NCBI GenBank assembly: GCA_965200315.1
Contig: OZ241362.1
Location: 32,001 to 96,000, forward strand
Length of the DNA stretch: 64,000 bases
DNA from: Candidatus Latescibacterota bacterium
Lineage (GTDB): Bacteria; Latescibacterota; UBA2968; UBA8231
Reading direction: 5' to 3'
Position numbers and translations under genes: made by a program. A model generated the notes under the pieces. That model was not told the DNA's origin, did not search any database, and was given only the letters and a program-made list of their open reading frames with translations. How positions within the stretch are numbered: the stretch's first letter is position 1; each line of letters starts with the position of its first letter. This document shows positions 8,540-18,598 of this stretch, in pieces.

Positions 8540-9934
8540 ATGGCAACGTATGATGTGGTAGTTATCGGCGGTGGCCCCGGCGGGTATTCAGCCGCCATTC
8601 GGGCGCGGCAGTTGGGGTTAAAAACCGCGCTGATCGAAGATGCCGAGTTGGGCGGCACCTGTCTCAATTGGGGCTGCATTCCCACTAAGGCTCTGCTCAA
8701 GCAAGCCGAAGTGTATCAGCTTTTCTCGCGCGCCGACGAGTTCGGCTTGCGCGTTGATAAGCCGGCCGTGGATTGGGATGCGGTCATTAGCCGCAGCCGC
8801 GAGGTAGCAGCGCAGTTGTCCAAAGGCGTGGCGTATTTGATGCAGAAGAATCAAGTCGAGGTGTTCGCCGGCCGGGGCCGGTTGACGCCCAACCGCCAAG
8901 TTGCGGTCGAGGGTGCCGAAAGCGAGGTCGTGGCCGAGTTGGACGCCGCGCACGTGGTGCTGGCCACTGGTGCCCGCCCCAAATCCATTCGAGGCGTGGA
9001 ATTCGACGGCGAGCGGATCATCGCCAGCCGCGAGGCCATGATCGTCGCCGAACAGCCCGCTTCTCTCGCCATCATCGGGGCCGGGGCCATTGGCGTAGAA
9101 TTTGCCTATTTCTACCGCGCCTTTGGCAGCCGCGTCTTGCTGTTGGAAGCCCTGCCCCAGGTCTTGCCGCGCGAAGACGAAGAGATCGCCGCGGGGCTAG
9201 CCGAGAGTTTGACACGGCAGGGTATTGAAGTGGTGACCCAAGCCCGGGTCGAGGAGGTCAAAAGACAAAAGCGCGGGGTTGCGTTGCGCTACCGGGTTGG
9301 CGAAGAGCAAAAGACGCGGCGAGTGGAGCGAGTACTGGTTGCCACTGGCGTCCAAGGCAATATCGAGGGGCTGGGGTTAGAAGCGCTGGGCATCCGCACC
9401 CGCGACGGCGCGATTGTGGTTGATGAGCGGATGCAGACCAGTGCCAAGGGCATCTACGCGATTGGCGATGTGGCCGGCCCGCCGCTGTTGGCGCATGCGG
9501 CCGCGCAGGAAGGGATCGCGGCCGTCGAGTTTATAGCTGGCCGCGACCGGCCCACTTTGGACCCGCGCCAAGTGCCCAACTGCATCTATTGCCAGCCGCA
9601 AGTAGCCAGCGTCGGCCTGAGCGAAAGCCAAGCGCGCGAAGCTGGGTACGACGTCAAGGTGGGGCGCTTTCCGTTTGCCGCCAGTGGTAAGGCGCAAGCG
9701 GCCGGGGAGACTGAAGGACTGGTCAAGCTGGTTTTTGATGTGCGTTACGGTGAGTTGTTGGGTGGGGCTATTTTAGGGGCCGAGGCCACGGAATTGATCG
9801 CCGAGCTGACGCTGGCCCTCCGGCTCGAAGCCACATACGAAGAGCTGTTGCTGACCTCTCATGCCCATCCGACGCTGTCCGAGGCCGTGATGGAAGCGGC
9901 CGGGCAGGCGTTTGGTGAGGCTATTAACTATTAA
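8540..9934 (+). CDS. lpdA: Dihydrolipoyl dehydrogenase
   Basis: GGGPGG, redox disulfide GGTCLNWGCIP, HAHPTLSE. Confidence 0.95.
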   Translation: MATYDVVVIGGGPGGYSAAIRARQLGLKTALIEDAELGGTCLNWGCIPTKALLKQAEVYQLFSRADEFGLRVDKPAVDWDAVISRSREVAAQLSKGVAYLMQKNQVEVFAGRGRLTPNRQVAVEGAESEVVAELDAAHVVLATGARPKSIRGVEFDGERIIASREAMIVAEQPASLAIIGAGAIGVEFAYFYRAFGSRVLLLEALPQVLPREDEEIAAGLAESLTRQGIEVVTQARVEEVKRQKRGVALRYRVGEEQKTRRVERVLVATGVQGNIEGLGLEALGIRTRDGAIVVDERMQTSAKGIYAIGDVAGPPLLAHAAAQEGIAAVEFIAGRDRPTLDPRQVPNCIYCQPQVASVGLSESQAREAGYDVKVGRFPFAASGKAQAAGETEGLVKLVFDVRYGELLGGAILGAEATELIAELTLALRLEATYEELLLTSHAHPTLSEAVMEAAGQAFGEAINY

Positions 9935-9945
9935 GAATTAGGAAT

Positions 9946-11175
9946 TTGGTAGTGGGGAATGTAGAGTCGCATGGCATAGAGCCCCCTGAGTTGCCACCGT
10001 TGGACCAGCTCCTGCCAGCCGAGCCGCTGCTGCTGATGGGGGCTGGGCCGGTGCCGGTGGCGACGGAGATCGCGCGGGCCGGCGGCATGGTCATCAACCA
10101 CTTGGGGCCGACGATGGATCGGCTGGTCGAGCACATCAAGCAACTGGCCGGTTATGCTTTTCAGACGGCCGACAAACACATCTTGGGGATTGGAGGACCG
10201 GCGTCGGCAGCCATGGAGATGGCGATGGGCAATCTGCTTTGGCCGGGCCGTCGCGCCTTGGTGCTGCAAAACGGTTGGTTTAGCGGGCGCTTTGCCGAAA
10301 TGGCGGCTGGTGTGGGGGCGGAGGTTGAGGTGCTGGCCGTGCCGGAAGGGCAAGCGGTCTGCGCCGAGCGCGTGGCCGAGCGCCTCAAGAGTCGGTGCTA
10401 CGACGTGGTGACGATGGTGCAGGGCGAGACCTCGAGCGGCGTCTGCACCGTTGAGCTGCCGGCGATTGCCCGCTTGTGCCGCGAGCACGGGGCGCTGGCA
10501 GTCGTCGATGCGGTCTGCACCTTGAGCACCATGCCGTTAGAAAAGGATGCTTGGGGCGTTGACGTGGTTTTCACCGGCAGCCAGAAGGGCCTGTCGTCGC
10601 TGCCGGGCGTGGCGCTGATTGCCTTTTCCGACGCGGCTTGGGAGCAGGTGCAACAGCATTCCGGCCCTAGGCCGCACTGGTGTTTGGACGCTTTGCGGGC
10701 AGAAAACTTTTGGCAGCACCACCAGTACCACTACACGGCCCCGGTCTCGGGGCTGTTGGCCCTGCACGAGGCCCTGCGGCTGGTCTGCGAGGAGACGCTG
10801 GAGCGCCGCTTTGCGCGGCACCGGCACTCGTCGCTGGCCCTGCAAGCTGGCATTGAGCAGATGGGACTGGTGCTGGCCGCGTCGCGTCGCATTCGCCTCA
10901 ACTCGGTGGTGGCAATCCAAGTACCCGCTGGGGTAGATAACGCTCGGGTGCGCGCCGATATGTCGAGCCGCTTCCACGTCGAAATTTCCGGGGCCTTTGG
11001 CCTCGACATTGTGCGCATTGGCCAGATGGGCGAGCAGTGCCGAGCACCCCATCTATTCCGCGTGTTGCACGCTTTGGGCGGTGCCCTAGCGCACGAAGGG
11101 GCCTGTGTGGATACTAGCGCGGGTATGGCGGCGTTGGAAAGCTATTTGGCGGGCTATGCGGACGATTTGATGTGA
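9946..11175 (+). CDS. Alanine-glyoxylate/serine-pyruvate aminotransferase family (class V PLP)
   Basis: LLMGAGP, GETSSG, VVDAV, PLP lysine in GSQKGL, RIGQMG. Confidence 0.9.
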   Translation: MVVGNVESHGIEPPELPPLDQLLPAEPLLLMGAGPVPVATEIARAGGMVINHLGPTMDRLVEHIKQLAGYAFQTADKHILGIGGPASAAMEMAMGNLLWPGRRALVLQNGWFSGRFAEMAAGVGAEVEVLAVPEGQAVCAERVAERLKSRCYDVVTMVQGETSSGVCTVELPAIARLCREHGALAVVDAVCTLSTMPLEKDAWGVDVVFTGSQKGLSSLPGVALIAFSDAAWEQVQQHSGPRPHWCLDALRAENFWQHHQYHYTAPVSGLLALHEALRLVCEETLERRFARHRHSSLALQAGIEQMGLVLAASRRIRLNSVVAIQVPAGVDNARVRADMSSRFHVEISGAFGLDIVRIGQMGEQCRAPHLFRVLHALGGALAHEGACVDTSAGMAALESYLAGYADDLM

Positions 11176-11187
11176 GTTTATAGATTC

Positions 11188-11216
11188 TTGCTCGCCGCTA
11201 TCCGTTTGCGTATTTT
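11188..11216 (+). promoter_or_regulatory. Candidate sigma70 promoter for the STAND gene pair
   Basis: TTGCTC-N17-TATTTT located upstream of ATG 11281. Confidence 0.3.
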
Positions 11217-11280
11217 TTTAAGTATCTTTGCACTCAAAAGGATATCGTCGTATACAACAGAGAGAACGGAGAGATAAAGC

Positions 11281-14200
11281 ATGAATGCACGGTTGATTCA
11301 GGAGCAAATTCCGCTTGACAGTCAGGTCAAATTTGTTCTACAAGGTGGCGAAGACATATCGGGCAAGTTGGTAGAAATCGGGCGGGAGCATCTCAAAATT
11401 GAAGTCGGAGAAAACCAATCCCCAGTCACGATTCCCATTGATCGGGTTAGCTATTGGCAGCCCCTGACAGATACCTCGCAAAATGGACAAAATGGCAAGC
11501 CAGTTCTGTCTCCTAAAGCCAGCGTCAATTCTCAGCCCAGCAAGCCTTCGGATGAGGTACTTTCCGATGGATTAGCTACTGAGGAAAAGCCCGAGACTAC
11601 TGATCGAGTTGAAAATCTGGGAGACAGTGCGTTATCGGGTGCCAAAATTGAGCTCGAAAAAAAGCTGGTCGAAATTGAAACGCGATTTCAGGCCAAATGC
11701 CAGAGTGCGAAAATCGAGCTTAAAGAACCAGATTTCAAGTTTCCAGAAAAGGAACTAGGTAACAAGTCAAAGAGAGACGCTAGCAAGATATGGAATCGAA
11801 TCCAAAACACGTACCAAAATGCCAAAAGAATTAATGAGTTAAGTAAAAAATTTGGTCGAATTCAGCCGATTATTATCGATCTCAAGAATTTGGCAAATAG
11901 TTTTAGGAGTTCGGCAAGCATAAAACGGCACCTCGCATACTTATATACAGTTTCTGGAAACCAGCAGGACGCGCTCAGGTGGTATCGAGAAACAGCAATC
12001 TATTCACGACATGAGACCGATTGGTATAATCTTGCTGTAGTCGCTCGTGAAGCCGCAAACGAGGAGCTTGCTTGCTATAGTTTGGGTCAGGTTTTCCAGC
12101 GATTGCCGCTTACCAATGAACAGGAGGCTTGGTATTTGTATGTACATCTATTGCTCAAATTCAATGGTCATAAAGAGTTGGACTTGCTCTATCAAGCTGA
12201 AATTTCGCTCCTGTCGGAAACGGCGGTTTATCTTCTCAAAATGGCTGGCCAAGAAACGACTGCAAGAGAAATCTTGAGAAAATCCATAACTGGTGAGATT
12301 TCAATTTCTTCTATTCAGAAGACTCTGAACGCTCTTGACTGGCAGCCGACAGAAGGTTATCAGAGGGTTGCCAAAAAGATTGAAGATTTGATGAAGGCAC
12401 CGCAGGATACTGAAGACCAACCACAACAAGATCATAGCCCTAAAGACAAATCCTATAGACGCTCTAGTTTTATACATCGTCAAAAGAAAACGGGATATTT
12501 TGAAGAATCTCAAGATACAAATAAGACGATTCAGGACTGGTACGAACTTGCTGAAAGAGCGGCGAACGATGGAGATTATGGAAAAGCGATTTCGCACATA
12601 AGACAGGTTCTTGGCATTAATAAGAACTACCCAAATGCACTGGAAAACTACGAGAAATGGCGCGAATACGAACGAGTAAGAGGTGTTCCAAAGGGAGCAA
12701 ACCCCTTCGCTCGTGCCAAACGTGCTCAGTTAGTTGAGAAGGATTTGGAAAAGGCTGAGAATTTCTTTCGCCAAGCTATCACACAAAATGACAATTTGGA
12801 ATCCGCCGTAAACGATTTAGCAGCACTTCTTTCGCAACTTGACCGCTGCCAAGATGCTGTTAAAGTTATTGAACAGAATCGTTCGCGAATTCAAAATAAG
12901 AAATCATTAGAAAACGTGCTGACTAATATTTACATAAAAGCTGATATGCATGTCGAGGCGATTGCACTTTTAAAAAAACAACTCAAACTTGCGTCATCAA
13001 AAGAAAAAAAGGATCAAATTAAGTGGCAGATTGCGATTTCTTATGTGAAAAAAGAAGAGTATGTAAAACCTGAGGAACTATTCAGAGATATTCTTAAAAG
13101 TCAACCAGATCGTGTTTCTGCTAAACACAACCTTGCTTTATGTCTGTCAAGGCAGGGACGCTATGGCGAAGCTGAAGTACTACTCAATCAAATTTCAGCC
13201 ATTTCATCAGATGAGAAAACCGCCGAACTGCTTGCTGCCGTTCTGCGAGCTAAACAGACTGGCGGAAGAGAACTTCTTGATGAGGTTGTGATTGAGACAG
13301 AGCTTTCAGATTATTCAAGTGGTCAAATCAGTGCATTTACTCAGTTTTTTTTAGATCGCTGTGATTTCACAGGTGTACCACCCGAGCGAGTTCAATCAGA
13401 GAGATTCTGGCGTTCGGATATAGTTACCTTGGAACACCGAGCAACACAGTCGAAATCATATAGACCATCTGAGCGTGCAAGGTATTACCTTTCTGCTGCC
13501 AAAATCATCTCAATTTTGGAAGATGAAGCCCCCGACAGATTTTATAGAGATCTATGTAGAAGTTTCGCCTCCAGAGGAGACGATACAATAATTAATAATG
13601 GACACTTGGACACAGCTCGAGAATGGTATGCCGAAGCACTTAAAGTTTATGATGGAGATAGAGAGCGAAATAATAATATTAGAGACGAACTGGATGCCGT
13701 TAATGCTCTCGTCAGATTTCTTTATGCACGGTTGGGACGTACTCATATACCAATGCCGCCTCATACCCCTTCTATTGATAATACAATAAACGAGGTTATA
13801 TCCCTTGCTGATTCCCAAGGGATATTTGATGACATCAGGTATCTCGTTTTCCGTAGCAAATATGCGGCAAATCGTCTGTTAATACGTCTATACGACCAGC
13901 AGGATTTACGGAAAAAGGCTCTACAGTACCTCAGAGACAAAGATGTTTATAAGACTGATTCCGATCTTTCAAGGGGTAATTTTATATCCCTGTGGGATCA
14001 ATTGATCGATAGACTTGCCAGTGACACACGAAATCTTAACAACGATTTACGTCACTTCAATAACTTTCAATTGACAACAGCTTGGCTAGAACATGCTATT
14101 GAGCAGTCCAAGAGTATCGTCGATAAACTAAGATTTGACCTCGATCAAGAACGAATTCGACATCTACAGGAAATGTTGGAACAAGTCGTAGAATTGTGTA

Positions 14201-15936
14201 AACAAAACCAATTTGAAGTGCAAGAACGTCTGTGTCAGCGGATTGACCATTCTTGTCGTGACTTGCTATCAGAGGTTGAAAAGAGTCCCACCCGAATATC
14301 TGTGGAGATGCTTTATCCAGTTGTTGAGAACATCCAGACAGAAATCAGTAAATATCTCAAAGAACTTTATGCGAAGGCAAAGCCCGAACTCACTTTGAGC
14401 ATGCCTGTCGAAGATTACTCTGCTCACCAAGCAGATATTGAGATAGAGATTGTTATCGAAAATAAATTAGGGTGCAGTCCTGCCGAAGGGCTCGAACTTA
14501 TTATCGAACCAGATAATGCATTATTTACTCTTGTCCAGTCCAAAATAGAATTGAACGAATCTCTGTTAGGTGGGAGACCGAGCAATTTTACAGTTAAACT
14601 ACAACTAACAAACCAAGCGTTACAGTCGGAAACTTTTTCGTTGTCAGCTCATGTAAGGTATCGAACTTCGGCCAAAGCAACGGAGAGAACGGATACCACG
14701 AACTTCACAATACGGCTTTATTCAGTAGATGCTTTTGAGACGATTATCAATCCGTATAATGAAGGTCCTGTTGTTAGTGATCCAAAGATGTTTTATGGAC
14801 GCGATCGAATGATTGAAAATATAGCAAATTCTCTGAGAGAATCTCATACGCAAAATAAATGTGTTGTAATATATGGTCAGAAGCGAGCAGGCAAATCTTC
14901 AATAATGTATCACTTAGAAAGGAAGTTGAATGAACGAAATATCTTGATTTTGGACTTGGGCAATATTGGAGGACACCTAGATGAAAATTCTGATGTACCG
15001 TTTTCGTATCGAATTTTTTGGTCTATTTTGAGTTTACTAGAAGGAGCTATAGAAGATAGAGTAGATACCGGTGCCAGTTCGTTGGGGATTTCTTTTCCAA
15101 GTGAAACAGATTTCTATAAACATCCAACCCCCTTGATCTTATTCAAAGAGGTGTTCGCTAAATATCAATATCTTGCATCCAAGCAGGCAGATTGGCGAGA
15201 TATACAATTGGTACTTTTCATTGACGAATTTTCTTATATCTACGGACAAATCCTCTCGGGTCACATCTCCGAATCATTCATGAAAAATTGGAAGGCTTTG
15301 ATGCAAGCCAACTATTTTAATGCCGTACTTGTCGGTCAAGATGTGATGGAGCGATTTATAGAGAACTTTCAGAACGAATTCGGAATCGCTCAGACGGAGA
15401 GAGTCACATATCTCGACAAGGAAGACGCGGAAAAGCTAATTGATGAACCCATTCGCATTGGTGGATTGCAAGGCGAAAGCCGTTACCGTGAACGGCATGC
15501 TATTGATAGAATTATTGAACTCACCGCCGGCAGTCCATTTTACATTCAGATGCTCTGCAACCGCTTAGTTGAACATCTAAACCTAAAGCGAGCAGTTTAC
15601 ATCACGTATTCTTACGTCGAGCAGGTAAAGAACGAACTTATGAGCGGGCGGAATGCTCTGGGAAAGAGCAATTTTGAGAACTTGTATAATTCGGGAGAAA
15701 ACAACCAAAGCAAAGATGACGATGTGCTAAACATCTTACAGGCCATTGCAGTGCATAGCCAAACGGGACCATGCAATCGGAGCCACATTGATTGCAAAAC
15801 ACAGTTACCAGTTGACCACCTGCTCAATGAATTGGTTACGCGAGATGTCATAGATCGGAAGGGAAGTTATTACACCATCAAGGTTGGTCTTTTCAAAGAA
15901 TGGCTTCTCATTCATAGGGCAGGAGAAACTCGATGA
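11281..15936 (+). CDS. Large TPR-repeat protein with C-terminal STAND (AAA+) NTPase; putative defence sensor
   Basis: TPR-like helices; beta-rich domain at about 14380-14720; NPY..FYGR, Walker A GQKRAGKS, Walker B LFIDEF, GSPFYIQ, terminal wHTH; AT-rich. Confidence 0.8.
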   Translation: MNARLIQEQIPLDSQVKFVLQGGEDISGKLVEIGREHLKIEVGENQSPVTIPIDRVSYWQPLTDTSQNGQNGKPVLSPKASVNSQPSKPSDEVLSDGLATEEKPETTDRVENLGDSALSGAKIELEKKLVEIETRFQAKCQSAKIELKEPDFKFPEKELGNKSKRDASKIWNRIQNTYQNAKRINELSKKFGRIQPIIIDLKNLANSFRSSASIKRHLAYLYTVSGNQQDALRWYRETAIYSRHETDWYNLAVVAREAANEELACYSLGQVFQRLPLTNEQEAWYLYVHLLLKFNGHKELDLLYQAEISLLSETAVYLLKMAGQETTAREILRKSITGEISISSIQKTLNALDWQPTEGYQRVAKKIEDLMKAPQDTEDQPQQDHSPKDKSYRRSSFIHRQKKTGYFEESQDTNKTIQDWYELAERAANDGDYGKAISHIRQVLGINKNYPNALENYEKWREYERVRGVPKGANPFARAKRAQLVEKDLEKAENFFRQAITQNDNLESAVNDLAALLSQLDRCQDAVKVIEQNRSRIQNKKSLENVLTNIYIKADMHVEAIALLKKQLKLASSKEKKDQIKWQIAISYVKKEEYVKPEELFRDILKSQPDRVSAKHNLALCLSRQGRYGEAEVLLNQISAISSDEKTAELLAAVLRAKQTGGRELLDEVVIETELSDYSSGQISAFTQFFLDRCDFTGVPPERVQSERFWRSDIVTLEHRATQSKSYRPSERARYYLSAAKIISILEDEAPDRFYRDLCRSFASRGDDTIINNGHLDTAREWYAEALKVYDGDRERNNNIRDELDAVNALVRFLYARLGRTHIPMPPHTPSIDNTINEVISLADSQGIFDDIRYLVFRSKYAANRLLIRLYDQQDLRKKALQYLRDKDVYKTDSDLSRGNFISLWDQLIDRLASDTRNLNNDLRHFNNFQLTTAWLEHAIEQSKSIVDKLRFDLDQERIRHLQEMLEQVVELCKQNQFEVQERLCQRIDHSCRDLLSEVEKSPTRISVEMLYPVVENIQTEISKYLKELYAKAKPELTLSMPVEDYSAHQADIEIEIVIENKLGCSPAEGLELIIEPDNALFTLVQSKIELNESLLGGRPSNFTVKLQLTNQALQSETFSLSAHVRYRTSAKATERTDTTNFTIRLYSVDAFETIINPYNEGPVVSDPKMFYGRDRMIENIANSLRESHTQNKCVVIYGQKRAGKSSIMYHLERKLNERNILILDLGNIGGHLDENSDVPFSYRIFWSILSLLEGAIEDRVDTGASSLGISFPSETDFYKHPTPLILFKEVFAKYQYLASKQADWRDIQLVLFIDEFSYIYGQILSGHISESFMKNWKALMQANYFNAVLVGQDVMERFIENFQNEFGIAQTERVTYLDKEDAEKLIDEPIRIGGLQGESRYRERHAIDRIIELTAGSPFYIQMLCNRLVEHLNLKRAVYITYSYVEQVKNELMSGRNALGKSNFENLYNSGENNQSKDDDVLNILQAIAVHSQTGPCNRSHIDCKTQLPVDHLLNELVTRDVIDRKGSYYTIKVGLFKEWLLIHRAGETR

Positions 15937-17477
15937 CGCCATTTGAAAATCCGTTTGCAGATTACGGCGGGATTGTTCACGGCGACCGTTTCATCGGGCG
16001 GCAAGAGAGCTTGAAGGTTATCGACAGTCGGCTCATCCAGCCGAAAGAGCCGGCCAATCTGGCAATTATCGGTCAGCCACGCAGCGGGAAAAGCAGCCTT
16101 GTTTATCAAGCACTCATTGAGCGTAAAGATCAACTCATAAAGGATCGTTTCATTCCAATATGGGTCAATCTTTCGACGTATGAAGAGTCGAGAGCCTTCT
16201 TTCAGTCCTTGGTCCCTGTGTGTCTAGAGGAGCTTGAGGACTTAGATCTGCTCGATACGGGAATTCAGCGAGCAGCAGACCGAGCCGGCGACAGCCAACT
16301 GTCATGGAATGAAAGGTATCGCAAGATTCAACGGTTCTTCAAGAAAGTCCGGGAGACCGGATATCGCATACTCCTCATATTAGATGAATTTGATAGTGCG
16401 CGGTATCTTTTTAAGAACAGCGTTTCCGACTTTCAAAAATTGCGGGAACTATCTTATGCACCAGAATTGGGCATTACCTTGATTACAACTTCTCGGCGGA
16501 GCATTAAGGCAATTGAATTACAGGCGGGTGATATTTCTACGCTGAGTGAGACTTTTCGGAGGCACTATTTAGCGATGTTTGATGCTCAAGAGCTACAAGT
16601 ATTTTTTGATCGGCTTGCCGCGGCAGGTGTAAACGCCTGCGAGACATTGAAGAGCGATATACTGTCCTATTGCGGCGGCTATCCTTTTCTACTGGATATG
16701 CTCGGCTGTGAGATTATTGAAATGTGTCAAAAGGAGCAGGAGATTGACGTCGAAAAGGCTGTTACCCAAATTGATCAATCCTTATTTGGTCACTACGATC
16801 ATATTGTCGATCTCTCAAAAGAAGATGGAAACTTAGATGGATTAATCCAAATTCTTTTTGGCCCCGTTATTGACGTCAAGCAAGAAACCGTCAATGAATT
16901 TCTTGGCTACGGACTAATTCGAGAATCCGATGATGGAACGTACGTAGGATTTTCCAAACACTTCCATGACTTTCTCCGACTAATTGAGCGCAAAAGTAGT
17001 GGTGGCGACCTATGGCCGATATGGAGGGATACTGAGCGAGTGCTGCGACAGTTTATTTCGGCCACCATGTTAGAGAAGTATGGTGAGCGGTGGGTGGAAC
17101 AGCTTGAAAAGCAGCATAAGGGAATCCGAGCCATTTTTGAGGAATGCCGAAACTCACAAAAAACAGACGAACGCAAATTTGGCAACCGCGCCTCTCAAAA
17201 TCTGATTGATTTCACTTATCCCGCTGATCTGTTTAGCATTATCTCCTCAGAGTGGATTACTTTTAAGGATACCTTCGGTAAGGACAAACGCTACTGGAAT
17301 GAACGCTCAGAGTTGTTATCTAAAGTTAGAACTCCATTAGCCCACAACCGCGACGAAGTTCTCCAAGAATATGAACGGCAAATCGCCGAAGGGTACTGTA
17401 ATGAAATCCTGACGACGCTTGAAGAAAAAATTCCGCTGGCGACTCGTGCGCCTACCAAAAATGAGGAGAACCAGTGA
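15933..17477 (+). CDS. STAND NTPase fused to C-terminal HEPN (Swt1-like) RNase; putative defence effector
   Basis: NPF..FIGR, Walker A GQPRSGKS, LILDEFD, GGYPFLL; HEPN E-helix (TERVLRQFI) and Rx4H motif RTPLAH at 17328-17345; ATGA overlap with upstream gene. Confidence 0.8.
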   Translation: MTPFENPFADYGGIVHGDRFIGRQESLKVIDSRLIQPKEPANLAIIGQPRSGKSSLVYQALIERKDQLIKDRFIPIWVNLSTYEESRAFFQSLVPVCLEELEDLDLLDTGIQRAADRAGDSQLSWNERYRKIQRFFKKVRETGYRILLILDEFDSARYLFKNSVSDFQKLRELSYAPELGITLITTSRRSIKAIELQAGDISTLSETFRRHYLAMFDAQELQVFFDRLAAAGVNACETLKSDILSYCGGYPFLLDMLGCEIIEMCQKEQEIDVEKAVTQIDQSLFGHYDHIVDLSKEDGNLDGLIQILFGPVIDVKQETVNEFLGYGLIRESDDGTYVGFSKHFHDFLRLIERKSSGGDLWPIWRDTERVLRQFISATMLEKYGERWVEQLEKQHKGIRAIFEECRNSQKTDERKFGNRASQNLIDFTYPADLFSIISSEWITFKDTFGKDKRYWNERSELLSKVRTPLAHNRDEVLQEYERQIAEGYCNEILTTLEEKIPLATRAPTKNEENQ

Positions 17478-18577
17478 GCGGCCCACTAGCGTATCCCACG
17501 TATAAGAGCCTCGGCGTACGCCCCCTGATCAACTGCCAAGGGACCTACACCATCATCAGCGGCTCGTTGATTTTGCCCGCAGTGCGGCAGGCCATGGTCG
17601 AAGCCTCCAAACAATACGTCCACCTCGACGAGCTGATGGAGGCCGTTGGAGCGCGCATCGGCGAGCTGATGCAGTGCGAGTGGGGGCTTGTTACCAATGG
17701 CTGCGCTGCGGCGTTGTGCCAAGTTACGGCTGCTTGCGTGGCGGGCACCGATCCCGAGAAAATGGCGCGATTGCCCGACACTACGGACATGAAAAACCAA
17801 GTCATCGTCCAGCCTAGCCACCGCCACGGGTACGATCACGCCGTGCGCATGGTCGGCGTCGAAATGGTCGAGGTCGCCACGCGCACCGAACTCGATGCGG
17901 CCTTGTCGGATCGTACGGCCATGCTGTTGGTGTTTGGCGATGCGGCCGAGCGTGGCCAGATCTCGGTGGCGGATATGGCGGCGGCTGGGCGGCGACGCGG
18001 TGTACCGACGTTGGTCGATGCCGCGGCCGAGCGGCCGGATGTGCCCAACTGGTATTTGGAGCAAGGAGCCGATGCAGTGGCCTATTCGGGCGGCAAGTGC
18101 CTGCGCGGGCCGCAGGCATCGGGCTTGGTCTTGGGCCGCAAGGACTTGTTGCAGGCAGCTTTCCTCAACGGGGCACCGCACCATGCGCTGGGGAGGCCGA
18201 TGAAAGCGGGCAAGGAAGAAATCATGGGGCTGCTGGCAGCAGTGGAGCAGTGGATAAGGCGCGACCACGCGGCCGAATGGCGGGAGTGGGAGCAGCGGCT
18301 CGCGGTCATCGCCGATGCAGTGGAAAAGTTCCCCTCGGTGGCGACGCAGGTTAGCCAGCCCGGGCGCTCGAATGTTGCGCCGAACTTGGCGGTGCGTTGG
18401 GATCGGGATCGGCTGGCAATCAGCGGCCACGAGCTAGCGCGTCAGCTATCGGTTGGCCAACCGCGCATCGAAGTGCCAGCACACGACAGCGGCTTTGCAA
18501 TCAATCCCTATATGATGGAGCCGGGCGAGGAAGACATTGTGGCGCGGCGGGTGAGCGAGGTTTTAGCTGCGGTGTAA
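17474..18577 (+). CDS. SelA/DgaE-like PLP-dependent enzyme
   Basis: LINCQGTYT, VDAAAE, YSGGKCLRGPQ, GRPMKAGKEEI. Confidence 0.8.
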   Translation: MSGPLAYPTYKSLGVRPLINCQGTYTIISGSLILPAVRQAMVEASKQYVHLDELMEAVGARIGELMQCEWGLVTNGCAAALCQVTAACVAGTDPEKMARLPDTTDMKNQVIVQPSHRHGYDHAVRMVGVEMVEVATRTELDAALSDRTAMLLVFGDAAERGQISVADMAAAGRRRGVPTLVDAAAERPDVPNWYLEQGADAVAYSGGKCLRGPQASGLVLGRKDLLQAAFLNGAPHHALGRPMKAGKEEIMGLLAAVEQWIRRDHAAEWREWEQRLAVIADAVEKFPSVATQVSQPGRSNVAPNLAVRWDRDRLAISGHELARQLSVGQPRIEVPAHDSGFAINPYMMEPGEEDIVARRVSEVLAAV

Positions 18578-18598
18578 GCGCCCAATCGCCAGACTCAA

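Noticed and set aside
17474-18577. True selenocysteine synthase SelA serving the Sec-FDH
   Set aside because: At 367 aa it lacks the N-terminal extension and the SGDKLLGGPQ motif of bacterial SelA, and no selB is adjacent; it is a SelA/DgaE-like paralogue
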